From positions 1,597-65,596 of the forward strand of contig JBLNCA010000007.1 in NCBI GenBank assembly GCA_050260375.1: a stretch of 64,000 bases of DNA, given 5' to 3'. Each line of letters begins with the position of its first letter. Within the stretch, counting starts at the first letter, position 1. Origin of the DNA: Burkholderiales bacterium. Lineage in GTDB: Bacteria; Bacillota; Clostridia; Christensenellales; SZUA-584. A program made the translations under genes and the position numbers. This document shows, in pieces, positions 9,258 to 20,139 of this stretch. A model generated the notes under the pieces. It did not search any database, was not told the origin of the DNA, and saw only the letters and a list, made by a program, of their open reading frames with translations.

Positions 9258-12200
9258 CTAGTCGAAAAGGCTTAGCTGGTTGCTCTTTAAAAGCCCTTTT
9301 AAGCACCCGTGTTCCTCAAGCTTTGCTATTACCGCGCTCGATATCCCCGAGCGCCTTTTCAAATCTTCCACCGAGAGGAACTCGCCCTGCTCGCGGGCGC
9401 TTACTATGCCTCTTGCCGCCGCTTCGCCCGTACCGCCGAGCGCTGTGAACGGGAGCCTTATGCCGCCGTCTTCTATTTTGCAGCGCACTGCGTCCGATTT
9501 ATACAGGTCGCACGGCAGAAAGTCTATGCCGCGTTCCATCATTTCAAGCGCAACCTCGAGTATCGTAAGCTGCGACTGTTCGAGCGCGGAGGCTCCCTTG
9601 CCCATGGCTTCTATCGCGGCTATCCTGGAGCGCACCGTCTCCGCGGATTGCAGGTAAGCGGCGTCGAGGTTATCGGCCCTTACCGAAAAGTACGTCGCGT
9701 AAAAAGCTCTCGGATAGTGCACTTTAAAGTACGCTATGCGCAGCGCCATCATTACATACGCCACAGCGTGGGCTTTGGGGAACATGTACGCAATCTTGTC
9801 GCACGATTCTATGAACCACTCGGGCATGCCCGTTTTTCGCATATCGGCACGCCATTCTTCTTTCAAGCCCTTGCCCTTGCGGACCGACTCCATTATATAG
9901 AACGCCTCCGTCGGGTCCATGCCTTTCGCGACGAGCGAGTTCATTATATCGTCGCGCGTGCATATAACCTCGCGCAGCGTAGCCTTGCCTTCTTTTATGA
10001 TGTCCTGCGCGTTGTTAAGCCACACGTCCGTGCCGTGCGAAAGGCCGCTTATGCGTATAAGCTCGCCTATCGTCGTAGGCTTGGTGTCCATCAGCATCTG
10101 GCGGACGAACTTGGTGCCGAACTCCGGTATTCCGAGGCTGCCTACCTGGCATCCCATTATCTGCTCCGGAGTTATGCCCAGCGCTTTTGTGGACGTAAAC
10201 AGCGACAATGTATCCGGGTCGGAGATAGGCACGTCTATCGGGTCTATCCCTGTAAGCTCTTTCAGCATATGCAATGCCGTCGGATCGTCGTGGCCGAGTA
10301 TGTCGAGCTTTATAAGGCGGTCGTGCAGCGAGCCGAAGTTGTAGTGCGTCGTGATAAAACCCGACTCCGAGTCGTTCGCCGGGTACTGTATCGGCGTGAA
10401 CTCGTGTATGTCCCTGCCGCGCGGCAGTATGACCATGCCGCCCGGGTGCTGTCCCGTTGTGCGCTTGGTGCCCGAAACGCCCTTCGCGAGCCGCTCGATT
10501 TCCGCCCTGCTCGCCGAAATGCCCTTTTCCTCCATATATTTCTTAACGAAACCGTAAGCGGTCTGCTCTTTTATGCTGCTTATTGTGCCCGCGCGGAACA
10601 CGCGGTCCTCTCCGAAATAATCGACTATGAATTTATGCGCATTGGTCTGGTACTCGCCCGAAAAATTGAGGTCTATATCCGGCACCTTGTCGGCGTTTAT
10701 GCCAAGGAACACGGCAAAGGGTATGTCGTAGCCGTCGCGCTTCATCGGAGTGCCGCAATCGGGGCAATCTTTGGGCGGCAGGTCGGGGCCGCACGCTACG
10801 CTGGAGTCGGTAATAAATTCGCTCTTCTTGCAGTTGGGACATACGTAATGAGGCGGCAGCGCGTTGACTTCCGTTATGCCAGCCATCGTGGCGGCGAGCG
10901 AAGAGCCTACGGAGCCCCTAGAGCCCACGAGGTATCCGTCCTGCATCGAGTGGCGCACCAACTCATACGCTATATAGTAAAGCACTCCGTAGCCGTGCTT
11001 TATAATATTGTCAAGCTCGAACTTCAGCCTGTCTTCCACTATAGCGGGCAGCGGGTCGCCGTATATCTCTTTCGCGCGCTTAAAGCACATATCCACAAGC
11101 TTTTCAGGCGCTCCGGGTATCTCGGGCATCGCGGGCTCGTCGGGCAGCAGTTTTATATTCTCGACCTGCTGGGCTATTGCGCGCGTGTTGTCTATTACAA
11201 CTTCTTTCGCCTTGGCCGCTCCAAGGTACGAAAACTCTGCGAGCATCTCGGCAGTCATGCGGAAATAGAGCGGCGCCTGATTGTCGGCGTCCGCAAACCC
11301 CTGGCCGTGCATGAGTATGCGCCTAAAGTACTCGTCCTGCGGCTCTATAAAATGTGCGTCGCATGTGGCGCACACGGGCTTTGAAAGCCGCTCGCCCAAT
11401 TCCACTATCTTGCGGGTGATGTCGCGCACGCCTTCCATGTCGCGGAACCGCCCTTCGCGCACCATAAACGCGTTGTTGCCGTCCGGCTGTATCTCGAGAT
11501 AATCGTAAAAGCCCGCTATCTGTTCCAGCTCGCCTTCGGAGGCATAGCGCAGTATTGCCTGCACGAGCTCTCCCTGCTCGCAGGCCGAGCCTACTATCAG
11601 CCCTTCCCTGTGCTTAATAAGCAGCGAGCGAGGCACGCGCGGCCGCCTGTAGAAGTGCTTCATGTGCGATTCGCTAACGAGCTTATAAAGGTTGAAAAGT
11701 CCCGTTTTATTTTTGCACAACAGTATTACGTGGAAGTTGGGCAATTCCTTTTCGTCAACGGGCTGCTGAGGCTCGGGGTTTGCGGCCTTTTCCATGCATA
11801 TCTGCATTATCTTCACGGTACACATGGCGTCGTCTAGCGCGCGGTGATGGCGCAGCGGTATGTTAAGGTCGGCGGCAAGCTTCCCCAAGCTGTAGGATTT
11901 GCGGCCGGGCAGCCAGCGGCGGAACAGCCATACCGTGTCAAGGCAGCGGTTGTCAAAGCTTATGTCGCAGTCTTTGCCGTGTTTGTATAAAAAACCCATA
12001 TCAAAAGGAGAATTATGCGCCGCAAGGTGCTTATCCCCTATATATTCCTTGAACATCGCGAGCGCTTCGGGTATTGACGGCGCGTCCGCCACCATCTCGT
12101 CGGTGATGCCCGTCATGTCGGTTATCTGGCGGCTGATATGGCAGCCGGGGTTTACGAAAGTGCTGAACGTATCGACGATTTCCCCATGGCGCAGCCTTAC

Positions 12201-13472
12201 AGCGCCTATCTCCGTTATGCCGCAGGTTTCCGGGTTAAAGCCCGTAGTCTCGAGGTCGAACACGATATATTCGTCCTCGAACTTCTCCGTGTAGACCTGC
12301 GGTATGTCGTTTATCATATACGCTTCCATGCCGTATATTACTTTTATGCCCGTCTTCTTGGACGCGTCGAATGCGCCGGGGAAAGCCTGCACCACGCCGT
12401 GGTCGGTTATTGCAACAGCCTCGTGGCCGAACTCCGCCGCGCGCCGTACGACTTCGCCCTCGTCCGCCACCGCGTCGAGCGCGCTCATATTGGTGTGAAG
12501 ATGCAGCTCAACGCGCTTTACCTCCGCGTTGTCCTGACGCCGCGCGACTTCCGTCTCCTCTATTGCCTTTACGGTTATGCACACTTCCTTGGAGTAGCTG
12601 TCGTAAGCCGCCGTGCCCAGCACCTTTACTGCAGCTTTCTCCAGCCGCGACTTTATCTGTTCGCATTTGTCGCGCGAAACGAACGCCTTGCACGTCACCG
12701 TGGACGTGTTGTCCGTTACGCTGAAAACGACTATGGAGCGCTTGCCGCGCGCTTCGTTCCTTATGTCGAACGAATCGACGGACAGCACGTTGCCGCTTAT
12801 TACGCACTGGCCTATGGTCTCGTTTATGTCGCGTATGTTTACCGTGTCGCCCGTTATGCCGCTGCCGTGAATGATTTTTGAGTCCTTCTCCTTTTTCGCG
12901 GGCTTTGTTTTATCTGCTTTCTGTACCGCCGCCTGCGGCTGCTCTTTCACGGTTTCTTTAAGCAGCTCCGTTATATCCGCGAGCCTGCGCGGAGCGGGAG
13001 CGGTCTCGCAGCGCCCCAGTACGATGCGCGCGTCCATGCCGAAGCAGCGCAGGAAATACCCTTCGAGGTACTCTTTAAGCCCCGAGGCGGCGAACAGCTC
13101 TTTGCCGAAGTCGTCGGGGAAGTCTATGCGGAACGCGCCGTCCGCAAAGTGCATCTTCGACTTTGACACAAAAGGAGCAAGCGAACGCTTTAAGCGGCAG
13201 CAAAGCTCCTTAATATGCGTCTCGATATCCTCGGCGTCTATGCTGCCGGGGTTGCGGTATGCGACGAAGACCTTCGTCTTTTCGTTTATTGTCTCTTTAA
13301 TGTAATGTTCAATATTGAGATACGTGTCCGCGGGAAGAAGGTTGCTCGTAAAATGTATGAGAAATTCGCCCTTTTTCACATCGTGCTGGATCTTTTCAAA
13401 GCGTAAATCAAAGCTGTCGTCTATTTCCACGCTTTTTTTGAGCGCGGCAAAAAAATCCGGTTTCTTTTGCAC
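9258..13472 (-). CDS. polC: DNA polymerase III PolC-type
   Basis: 1404 aa. PHP domain (VELHLHTNMSALD), inserted DEDDh exonuclease (YIVFDLETTGF...HNSPFDMGFL) and Pol III alpha core. GTG start 3 nt after the ispG stop. Confidence 0.95.
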   Translation of the reverse strand: MQKKPDFFAALKKSVEIDDSFDLRFEKIQHDVKKGEFLIHFTSNLLPADTYLNIEHYIKETINEKTKVFVAYRNPGSIDAEDIETHIKELCCRLKRSLAPFVSKSKMHFADGAFRIDFPDDFGKELFAASGLKEYLEGYFLRCFGMDARIVLGRCETAPAPRRLADITELLKETVKEQPQAAVQKADKTKPAKKEKDSKIIHGSGITGDTVNIRDINETIGQCVISGNVLSVDSFDIRNEARGKRSIVVFSVTDNTSTVTCKAFVSRDKCEQIKSRLEKAAVKVLGTAAYDSYSKEVCITVKAIEETEVARRQDNAEVKRVELHLHTNMSALDAVADEGEVVRRAAEFGHEAVAITDHGVVQAFPGAFDASKKTGIKVIYGMEAYMINDIPQVYTEKFEDEYIVFDLETTGFNPETCGITEIGAVRLRHGEIVDTFSTFVNPGCHISRQITDMTGITDEMVADAPSIPEALAMFKEYIGDKHLAAHNSPFDMGFLYKHGKDCDISFDNRCLDTVWLFRRWLPGRKSYSLGKLAADLNIPLRHHRALDDAMCTVKIMQICMEKAANPEPQQPVDEKELPNFHVILLCKNKTGLFNLYKLVSESHMKHFYRRPRVPRSLLIKHREGLIVGSACEQGELVQAILRYASEGELEQIAGFYDYLEIQPDGNNAFMVREGRFRDMEGVRDITRKIVELGERLSKPVCATCDAHFIEPQDEYFRRILMHGQGFADADNQAPLYFRMTAEMLAEFSYLGAAKAKEVVIDNTRAIAQQVENIKLLPDEPAMPEIPGAPEKLVDMCFKRAKEIYGDPLPAIVEDRLKFELDNIIKHGYGVLYYIAYELVRHSMQDGYLVGSRGSVGSSLAATMAGITEVNALPPHYVCPNCKKSEFITDSSVACGPDLPPKDCPDCGTPMKRDGYDIPFAVFLGINADKVPDIDLNFSGEYQTNAHKFIVDYFGEDRVFRAGTISSIKEQTAYGFVKKYMEEKGISASRAEIERLAKGVSGTKRTTGQHPGGMVILPRGRDIHEFTPIQYPANDSESGFITTHYNFGSLHDRLIKLDILGHDDPTALHMLKELTGIDPIDVPISDPDTLSLFTSTKALGITPEQIMGCQVGSLGIPEFGTKFVRQMLMDTKPTTIGELIRISGLSHGTDVWLNNAQDIIKEGKATLREVICTRDDIMNSLVAKGMDPTEAFYIMESVRKGKGLKEEWRADMRKTGMPEWFIESCDKIAYMFPKAHAVAYVMMALRIAYFKVHYPRAFYATYFSVRADNLDAAYLQSAETVRSRIAAIEAMGKGASALEQSQLTILEVALEMMERGIDFLPCDLYKSDAVRCKIEDGGIRLPFTALGGTGEAAARGIVSAREQGEFLSVEDLKRRSGISSAVIAKLEEHGCLKGLLKSNQLSLFD

Positions 13473-13475
13473 AAT

Positions 13476-14534
13476 CTAAAATTCCTGTTCTATATAATTC
13501 TTAAAAACATTCAGTATTTCGCTCTCGTCGTATGTGCCGATTAAAGAGCCTTTGGAAAACAGAGCGGCTTTACCCTCGCCGCCCGCTATGCCTATGTCGG
13601 CGTGCTTTGCTTCGCCCGGACCGTTTACCACGCAGCCCATAACGGCAGCTACAATGGGCTTGCCCGATTCTATAAGTATGTTCTCTACGCTGGCTGCCAG
13701 CGCCGCGACGTCTATGCTCGTCCTGCCGCACGTCGGGCAGCTTATCACCTCGGGGTAAAACCGCCTTTCGCCCGCCGCCTGCAGTATGCGCCTCGCGGCC
13801 TCAATTTCCTGCACCGGGTCGCCCGTAATCGAAACGCGTATCGTGTCGCCTATGCCGTCCAAGAGCAGCGCACCTAATCCCACCGCCGATTTTATTATCG
13901 CGTTATTGTATGTGCCGGCTTCGGTAATGCCTATGTGAAGCGGAGCGTCGCAGGCGTCCGAGAACGTGCGGTTCGCAGCTACCGCGGCGGGTACGGACGA
14001 CGCCTTTATCGATACGACGACATCGTAAAACCCGAGGTCGTACACATAGCGTACGGAGTTCATTGCGCTCTCGGCGAGCGCTATCGGCACGGGGCCGCCG
14101 TACTTTTTAAGTAGGTCCTTTTCGAGCGAGCCGGAATTTACGCCTATGCGCACTGCCGCGCCGTTTTGACTCGCGCAGTCTATTATTGCCTTGAGCCTGT
14201 CCATTCCGCCAAGGTTTCCGGGGTTTACCCTTACCTTGTCGGCGCCGCTCTCTATCGCGAGCAGTGCTAGCTTATAGTCGAAATGAACGTCCGCTATCAG
14301 CGGAATGTTTATGCCGTCTTTTATCTTACGGAACGCGGCGGCGCAGGCCTTGCTGTTGAATGTGCACCGCACGGCTTCGCAGCCCGCGTCTTCCAGCCTC
14401 TTTATCTGCGCAAGCGTTTCTTCTACATCGGTGGTGTCGGTGTTCGTCATGGACTGTATCAGCACGGGGCTGCCGCCGCCTATGGTTATGCCACCGAATG
14501 ATACCCGCCTTGTCCTGCTTTCCATGTCATCCAC
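13476..14534 (-). CDS. ispG: 4-hydroxy-3-methylbut-2-en-1-yl diphosphate synthase (flavodoxin)
   Basis: 352 aa, GcpE family. VRVNPGN, ISCPTCGR and VMGCVVNGPGE cluster ligand regions. Confidence 0.9.
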   Translation of the reverse strand: MDDMESRTRRVSFGGITIGGGSPVLIQSMTNTDTTDVEETLAQIKRLEDAGCEAVRCTFNSKACAAAFRKIKDGINIPLIADVHFDYKLALLAIESGADKVRVNPGNLGGMDRLKAIIDCASQNGAAVRIGVNSGSLEKDLLKKYGGPVPIALAESAMNSVRYVYDLGFYDVVVSIKASSVPAAVAANRTFSDACDAPLHIGITEAGTYNNAIIKSAVGLGALLLDGIGDTIRVSITGDPVQEIEAARRILQAAGERRFYPEVISCPTCGRTSIDVAALAASVENILIESGKPIVAAVMGCVVNGPGEAKHADIGIAGGEGKAALFSKGSLIGTYDESEILNVFKNYIEQEF

Positions 14535-15582
14535 CGAATATCCTTGAAATGTCGCGGTATGTCACGAGTATGAACAGCAGAAAGAATGCCGCGAGCCCCA
14601 CGAAATGTATTATGCCTTCCACATTTCTCGGCACGGGCTTTTTGAATATCTTCTCTATTGCGATGAACACGAGCCGCCCTCCGTCGAGTGCGGGCAGCGG
14701 CAGCAGGTTCATTATCGCAAGGCTTACGCTTATCGCGACGCCAAGCTGCAGCACGCTCTGCAGGCTGCTCTTTATCGCGGCCCCCAGGTAATAGACTATG
14801 CCCGCTATGCCTATCGCGTTCTCCGTGCCCTTGCCGGCAAACAAGCCGAGAACCGCGGCTATCGTGCCTTTTACTATGAAGTACATCCACTTGAAAGACA
14901 GCGCTATAGCCTCGAAAAAGCCGTATGTCACAGGCTGCTGGCTGAAACTTATGCCTGCCATCTTGTCCTGGTACGTTTTACCGTTGTTGTCCGTAAGCCC
15001 GGACGCTTTCTGTATCGTTAATGGCACCTCGCGCCCGTCCTTTAATACCGTGATGGAAAGCGTGTCCGTTTGTGAAGCGCCCAGCGCGTCGGTAAGCTCC
15101 ATCGCAAAGTCGATATCCACGCCGTTCATCTCGGTGATAACGTCGCCGGGTTCAAGGCCCGCCGCCTGCGCGGGGCTGCCGTCCCAAACGTCGCCCACTG
15201 TAAGCTGAAAATCGCCGAACACGCACAGCGTGAAAATAACGAGTATAAAAGCGAATATTATGTTGAATACCGGCCCGGCGGCTATCGCCAGAGCCCGCTT
15301 GCCCGCAGGCTGGTTGTTGAAGGAGTCCTTATCCGACGCTTCCTCGTCTTCTCCGTGGAATTTCGTGAATCCTCCCACAAAGAACCATCTTATCGAATAT
15401 TTGATGCCGTTTTTAACCCAGGACTTTATCTTGGGGCCAAACCCTACCGCGAATTCATCTATCTTTAATTTGCAGGCGCGCCCTATGCTGTAATGGCCGA
15501 GCTCGTGCGTCATTATTATCACGCCTACAATGATTATTGCGCCCAGTATGCTGATGGCAGTAACCAGTATATCCAATCGCAT
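14527..15582 (-). CDS. rseP: RIP metalloprotease RseP (site-2 protease)
   Basis: 351 aa. HELGH in TM1, PDZ-like middle part, NLLPLPALDGG near the C-terminus. Overlaps the ispG start by 8 nt. Confidence 0.9.
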   Translation of the reverse strand: MRLDILVTAISILGAIIIVGVIIMTHELGHYSIGRACKLKIDEFAVGFGPKIKSWVKNGIKYSIRWFFVGGFTKFHGEDEEASDKDSFNNQPAGKRALAIAAGPVFNIIFAFILVIFTLCVFGDFQLTVGDVWDGSPAQAAGLEPGDVITEMNGVDIDFAMELTDALGASQTDTLSITVLKDGREVPLTIQKASGLTDNNGKTYQDKMAGISFSQQPVTYGFFEAIALSFKWMYFIVKGTIAAVLGLFAGKGTENAIGIAGIVYYLGAAIKSSLQSVLQLGVAISVSLAIMNLLPLPALDGGRLVFIAIEKIFKKPVPRNVEGIIHFVGLAAFFLLFILVTYRDISRIFGG

Positions 15583-15636
15583 CCTCCTTTCATGCCGTCT
15601 ATTTGCCGATGATTAATTATATAACAGCGCCAGCCC

Positions 15637-16794
15637 TTAAATACGTACTTTAGCAAAATTGTCGTATATATAGTTCTTGACTTCCTTGTCGGTGTTGTAT
15701 ATCTCAAGCAGTGTGTTCCCCTTAAGGTGGGAGAACTTGTTCATTGCGTACGCAACGCTCTTTTCAATATCGCCAAACGATATGCGCCTCTCAAGGAACA
15801 GGTCTACGGCCGCTTCATTTGCGGCGTTCATTATCAGCGGCAATGAACCGCCTTCGCGGATGGCGTCCCTCGCGTGGCGAAGGCACGGGAACTTGTCCAT
15901 ATCCGGCTCTTCAAAAGTAAGGCTCTTTATTTTCGCAAAATCAAGATGCCCCACAACGCTGTTTAGCCTCTCCGGGTGGCCGAAAGCGTACTGTATGGCC
16001 TGGCGCATATCCGTCGGCCCCATCTGCGCTATCACCGCGCCGTCCTTATATTCCACCATGGAATGTATTATGCTCTGGCGGTGTATTACGACGTCTATCA
16101 TATCGGGCGTTAAACCGAAAAGCCACTTCGTCTCTATTACTTCCAGCCCTTTGTTCATGTACGTCGCGCAGTCCACTGTAACCTTCTTGCCCATGCGCCA
16201 GTTCGGATGCCTGAGCGCCTGCTCAACGGTGGCGTTTTCTATCTCTTCCTTGCTCCAGTTTAAGAACGGCCCGCCCGAAGCGGTGAGTATTACGCGCCTT
16301 AAGCCCGTCGTATCGAGCCCTTTAAGGCACTGGTACACGGCGCAGAGCTCGCTGTCCACCGGGAATATCTCCGCCTTAGAAGTCTTGAGGCGCTCGGTAA
16401 CGATATGGCCGCCGCATACGAGCGATTCCTTGTTGGCGAGCGCCACGTTGGTTCCGTTGTCGAGGCACTCAATAAGCGGCGGAAGCCCCGCTATCCCCAC
16501 GACGGCTATAAGCACTATGTCGGGGTCGCCCACGCTGCACGACTCCAACAGCCCCTGTATGCCGAAGCCTAATTTCATGCCCTTGGGGACCTGTTTTTCA
16601 AATTCTATGTCTCCGGCGCAGCCGGTTAAGCCTATATAGCACGCGCCGAATTTCTTTGCCGTTTCCAGCAGCTCCCGGCTGCTTCTGTGCGCCGTTAGCG
16701 CAGTCACCTTGAAGCGCTCCGGGTTCTTCTCGATTATGTCCAGCGCCTGCCGCCCAATAGAGCCCGTCGCGCCTAAGATCGCAATCTTTTTCAT
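15637..16794 (-). CDS. dxr: 1-deoxy-D-xylulose 5-phosphate reductoisomerase
   Basis: 385 aa. N-terminal IAILGATGSIG NADPH motif. Conserved position between cdsA and rseP. Confidence 0.95.
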   Translation of the reverse strand: MKKIAILGATGSIGRQALDIIEKNPERFKVTALTAHRSSRELLETAKKFGACYIGLTGCAGDIEFEKQVPKGMKLGFGIQGLLESCSVGDPDIVLIAVVGIAGLPPLIECLDNGTNVALANKESLVCGGHIVTERLKTSKAEIFPVDSELCAVYQCLKGLDTTGLRRVILTASGGPFLNWSKEEIENATVEQALRHPNWRMGKKVTVDCATYMNKGLEVIETKWLFGLTPDMIDVVIHRQSIIHSMVEYKDGAVIAQMGPTDMRQAIQYAFGHPERLNSVVGHLDFAKIKSLTFEEPDMDKFPCLRHARDAIREGGSLPLIMNAANEAAVDLFLERRISFGDIEKSVAYAMNKFSHLKGNTLLEIYNTDKEVKNYIYDNFAKVRI

Positions 16795-16805
16795 CTGCAG
16801 TCCTT

Positions 16806-17606
16806 CTAAAACAATATAATATAAAATCCGTACACGGCCGGAACTATGAACAGCATCGAATCGAGCCTATCCATAGCGCCTCCGTGCGCTCCCATTATCC
16901 TGCCAAAATCCTTGGCGCCAAAAAACCTTTTTATCTTTGACGCGGCGAGGTCGCCTATCTGCCCTAATACCGTCAGCAGCGCCCCGAGTATGAGGTACCA
17001 GTACTCAGGTATGCTCACTCCGAAAGCTTCCTGCCCGAAATATCCGAACATGTAAACGCCGAGTATGCCGAACACCGCGCCGCCGACAGCGCCCTCCACC
17101 GTCTTTTTCGGGCTGATGCTCTCGGCAAGCTTATGCCTACCTATTAGCCTTCCCGTAAAATACGCAAAAGAATCGGTGATTACAGCCGACCCGAACGCTA
17201 TTATCATAAGAAACCTGTAGGCGTCGATAGCGGGTATGCATACGACGGCCATAAGGAAAAGATAGAACATGCCGGGGTATGCCAGCGAAAACACCGTCAT
17301 AGCGCCGTCCTTTACGCTGCGCCCAATCAATATCAGCGCTATCAATATAGCCATTACCGCGGCGAGAAAAAGCGCGGCCGCTCCCGTAAAACCTCCGAGG
17401 TAATCGTAAGCGGGACAGAGCAGCGCCGCAAACGCGTACGCTATCGCGCGGAAAGGCTTTGAATCCGCGGCAAGCATGCCAAGCATCTCGTGCATGCAAA
17501 GCAAACTCACGGCGGATACGGCTATCTTTGCGAACAGCCCGCCGAAATATATGACCGATATAAGCAGCGCCAGCGCCGGTATAGCGAAAAGCGTCCTCTT
17601 AAGCAA
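16806..17606 (-). CDS. cdsA: Phosphatidate cytidylyltransferase
   Basis: 266-aa polytopic protein. C-terminal signature SKIKRFFGAKDFGRIMGAHGGAMDRLDS. TTG start with GGAGGGG SD. Confidence 0.85.
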   Translation of the reverse strand: MLKRTLFAIPALALLISVIYFGGLFAKIAVSAVSLLCMHEMLGMLAADSKPFRAIAYAFAALLCPAYDYLGGFTGAAALFLAAVMAILIALILIGRSVKDGAMTVFSLAYPGMFYLFLMAVVCIPAIDAYRFLMIIAFGSAVITDSFAYFTGRLIGRHKLAESISPKKTVEGAVGGAVFGILGVYMFGYFGQEAFGVSIPEYWYLILGALLTVLGQIGDLAASKIKRFFGAKDFGRIMGAHGGAMDRLDSMLFIVPAVYGFYIILF

Positions 17607-17688
17607 TAGATCCCCTCCGAACCGCCCTTAACGAATTATATTCCTTTAAAGGCCGCAAAACCACTCCCGCAGCGAATAAACGGTGCTT

Positions 17689-18450
17689 TTATATGCCGCC
17701 GAACCTGCGGTCGCGCGAAGCGAAGGCATCGAGCGCCTTTTTGTATTCAATCTCGTCGAAATCGGGCCACAGCGTATTCGAAAAATAAAGCTCGGCGTAC
17801 GCAAGCTGATACAGCAGAAAATTGCTTAAACGCGATTCCCCGCTCGTGCGTATCATCAGGTCGGGGTCGGGCTGGCCCGCGGTGAAAAGCAGCGAAGATA
17901 TGTATTCCTCCGTTATTTCCTCCGGCTTTCTGCCTTCCGCAACGGCTTTTTTTACGGCGCCTGTTATCTCCTGCCGCCCTCCGTAATTAACCGCCATGTT
18001 GACTGTAAGCCCGGTGTTGTCCTTCGTCGTGCGCTTAGCGCGCTCTATCTCTTCGACTACCTCGCGCGGCAGCCTGGATATATCGCCCAGCGTCAGTATG
18101 CGCACGTTCTTCTTATTAAGCTCATCAAGCTCCTTCTTAAGGTATTCGAGCAGCAGCCCCATGAGAGTGTTTACTTCCTGGTCGGGTCGCTTCCAGTTCT
18201 CGGTGGAGAACGCAAAAAGCGTGAGATACTTTATGCCGATATCCGAGCTCATGCGTATAATAGTCCGCACGCGCTCCACGCCCGCCCGGTGGCCCGCCGC
18301 GCGCGGAAGGCCTCTTTTCTTAGCCCATCGCCCGTTGCCGTCCATTATAACGGCGACATGCACGGGAAGCCGGCTTGGGTCTATGCCGGCGTATACGCTT
18401 TCATCTATTTTCTTTTTTCCGAACAGTACGTCCTTAAATCCTCTCAACAA
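17689..18450 (-). CDS. uppS: Isoprenyl transferase (undecaprenyl diphosphate synthase)
   Basis: 253 aa. VAVIMDGNGRWAKKRG and RTSGESRLSNFLLYQLAYAELYF. Two adjacent TTG codons are possible starts (18450 or 18447). Confidence 0.9.
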   Translation of the reverse strand: MLRGFKDVLFGKKKIDESVYAGIDPSRLPVHVAVIMDGNGRWAKKRGLPRAAGHRAGVERVRTIIRMSSDIGIKYLTLFAFSTENWKRPDQEVNTLMGLLLEYLKKELDELNKKNVRILTLGDISRLPREVVEEIERAKRTTKDNTGLTVNMAVNYGGRQEITGAVKKAVAEGRKPEEITEEYISSLLFTAGQPDPDLMIRTSGESRLSNFLLYQLAYAELYFSNTLWPDFDEIEYKKALDAFASRDRRFGGI

Positions 18451-18542
18451 ATACCTCGATCATTCCCGCAAACTTTCATGCGCACTGTAACCTGGCTTTT
18501 CTTAAAGCGGATAAACCCAAAGCATAGCCCTCGTGCCGCCCG

Positions 18543-18743
18543 CTAAACCCTTGTCTTAAAACGCGATACGGTTATCTCTATTACATTGTTTCCGGCGGCG
18601 CGCACGCGTATAACGCGCTCGGAATCCGCGCATTCCACGCCGCGTTTTGACTCATACTCGCAGCGCACTACTTCATAACCCGCCGAACGCAGCTTTTCTT
18701 CCGCTTCGCCCGCCTCGAGCCCCAGTACGCTTTCAGGCGTCAT
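18543..18743 (-). CDS. Small hypothetical protein, single PASTA-like module by eye
   Basis: 66 codons. The ATG overlaps the frr stop (ATGA), with GGAGG just upstream. Pattern [19 protein letters not shown]...VIEITVSRF. No signal peptide or TM segment. Confidence 0.5.
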   Translation of the reverse strand: MTPESVLGLEAGEAEEKLRSAGYEVVRCEYESKRGVECADSERVIRVRAAGNNVIEITVSRFKTRV

Positions 18744-19303
18744 ACCTCCATGATTTCCTTTTCTTTATCCTTGACAACGCCGTCTATTATCTTAATGTAT
18801 TCGTCCGTCAGCTTCTGTACCTCGTTTTCCAGGTCCTTAAAATCGTCCTCGGTTATTTCGCTTGCCTTCTGGCTTTTCTTAAACGCCTCGTTGGCGTCTC
18901 GCCTTATCACCCTCACGGCTACTTTAGCCTCCTCGCCCTTTTTCTTAACGGTCTTGGCGAGTTCGGCCCTTCTTTCCTGCGTAAGCTCGGGTATAACGAG
19001 CCTTATTACTTTGCCGTCATTGGACGGGTTTATGCCGAGGTCGGACTTCATTATGGCCTTTTCCACTTCGGACAGCATCTTTACATCCCATACCGAAACG
19101 ACTATCATGCGCGGCTCGGGCGCAGAAATGTTGGCCATCTGGTTAATGGGAGTAGGAGTGCCGTAGTAATCGACCATTATGCCGTCGAGCAGCTGAGGAT
19201 TAGCCCTGCCCGCCCGGATATGCGACAGCTCCTTCTTAAGCGCCGCAACCGATTTTTCCATCTTCGCTTTTGCATTGTCCAGCGCTTCGTGTTTAACCTG
19301 CAT
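18740..19303 (-). CDS. frr: Ribosome recycling factor
   Basis: 187 aa. [21 protein letters not shown]. Conserved pyrH-frr order. Confidence 0.95.
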   Translation of the reverse strand: MQVKHEALDNAKAKMEKSVAALKKELSHIRAGRANPQLLDGIMVDYYGTPTPINQMANISAPEPRMIVVSVWDVKMLSEVEKAIMKSDLGINPSNDGKVIRLVIPELTQERRAELAKTVKKKGEEAKVAVRVIRRDANEAFKKSQKASEITEDDFKDLENEVQKLTDEYIKIIDGVVKDKEKEIMEV

Positions 19304-19422
19304 AACAAAAACCCTCCTTTTTATCGCCCCGGAATGCGCATTTTACGGGGCTGCGTTTCGCTTTAAAGTATATTTATAAATAATCGCGGGGCGCAGCTCT
19401 TTATTTACCGCCGCGCAGCTGA

Positions 19423-20139
19423 TTAATTGATCCTTGTGCCTATGTTCTCGCCCAATACTACTCTTTTTATACCGTCGTCAATATCAAGCCCGAAGCATAT
19501 TATAGGTATGCTGTTGTCCATACACAGCGACACCGCCGTTGTGTCCATTACTGAAAGCCCCTGGTTTATAACGTCAATGTAGCTTATATAATCGTACTTT
19601 TTCGCATCCTTGTTAAGCTTGGGGTCGCTGTCGTAAACGCCGTCCACGTTCTTTGCGAGCAGTATCAGGTCTGCCTCGATTTCAGCCGCGCGCAGCGCCG
19701 CCGCCGTATCCGTCGAGAAGTACGGATTGCCGGTACCGCACGCGAATATCACTACCCTGCCCTTTTCAAGATGCCTCATTGCTCGCCGCCTTATGTACGG
19801 CTCGGCTATCGCGCGCATCTCTATCGCCGTCTGCACCCTTGTCTGCATGCCCTTGCTTTCCAGCGCGTCCTGCATAGCGAGCGCGTTTATTACGGTTGCG
19901 AGCATGCCCATGTGGTCGGCTGTCGTCCTGTCCATGCCCACGCCTCTGCGGCCGCGCCATATGTTGCCGCCGCCCACTACGATGCCCATCTCTACGCCCA
20001 GCTTCGCTACTTCTATCACCTGGTCTGCGACGGAAGATATGATATCAAAGTCAAAACCCGACTCCTTGCTTCCGGCCAGGGCCTCTCCGCTGATCTTCAG
20101 GACAACGCGTTTATACTTAGGAACAGGCTTTTGCTTCAT
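19423..20139 (-). CDS. pyrH: UMP kinase
   Basis: 238 aa. [21 protein letters not shown]. Confidence 0.95.
   Translation of the reverse strand: MKQKPVPKYKRVVLKISGEALAGSKESGFDFDIISSVADQVIEVAKLGVEMGIVVGGGNIWRGRRGVGMDRTTADHMGMLATVINALAMQDALESKGMQTRVQTAIEMRAIAEPYIRRRAMRHLEKGRVVIFACGTGNPYFSTDTAAALRAAEIEADLILLAKNVDGVYDSDPKLNKDAKKYDYISYIDVINQGLSVMDTTAVSLCMDNSIPIICFGLDIDDGIKRVVLGENIGTRIN

Noticed and set aside
9309-11384. Very long antisense ORFs opposite real genes. Examples: 691 aa opposite polC, 320 aa at 15677..16639 opposite dxr, 319 aa at 49044..50003, and 229 aa at 936..1625.
   Set aside because: They lie fully inside well-supported genes on the other strand. They have Arg/Tyr/His/Val-rich low-complexity translations, no SD and no recognisable motifs. 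They are typical shadow ORFs of GC-biased coding DNA.
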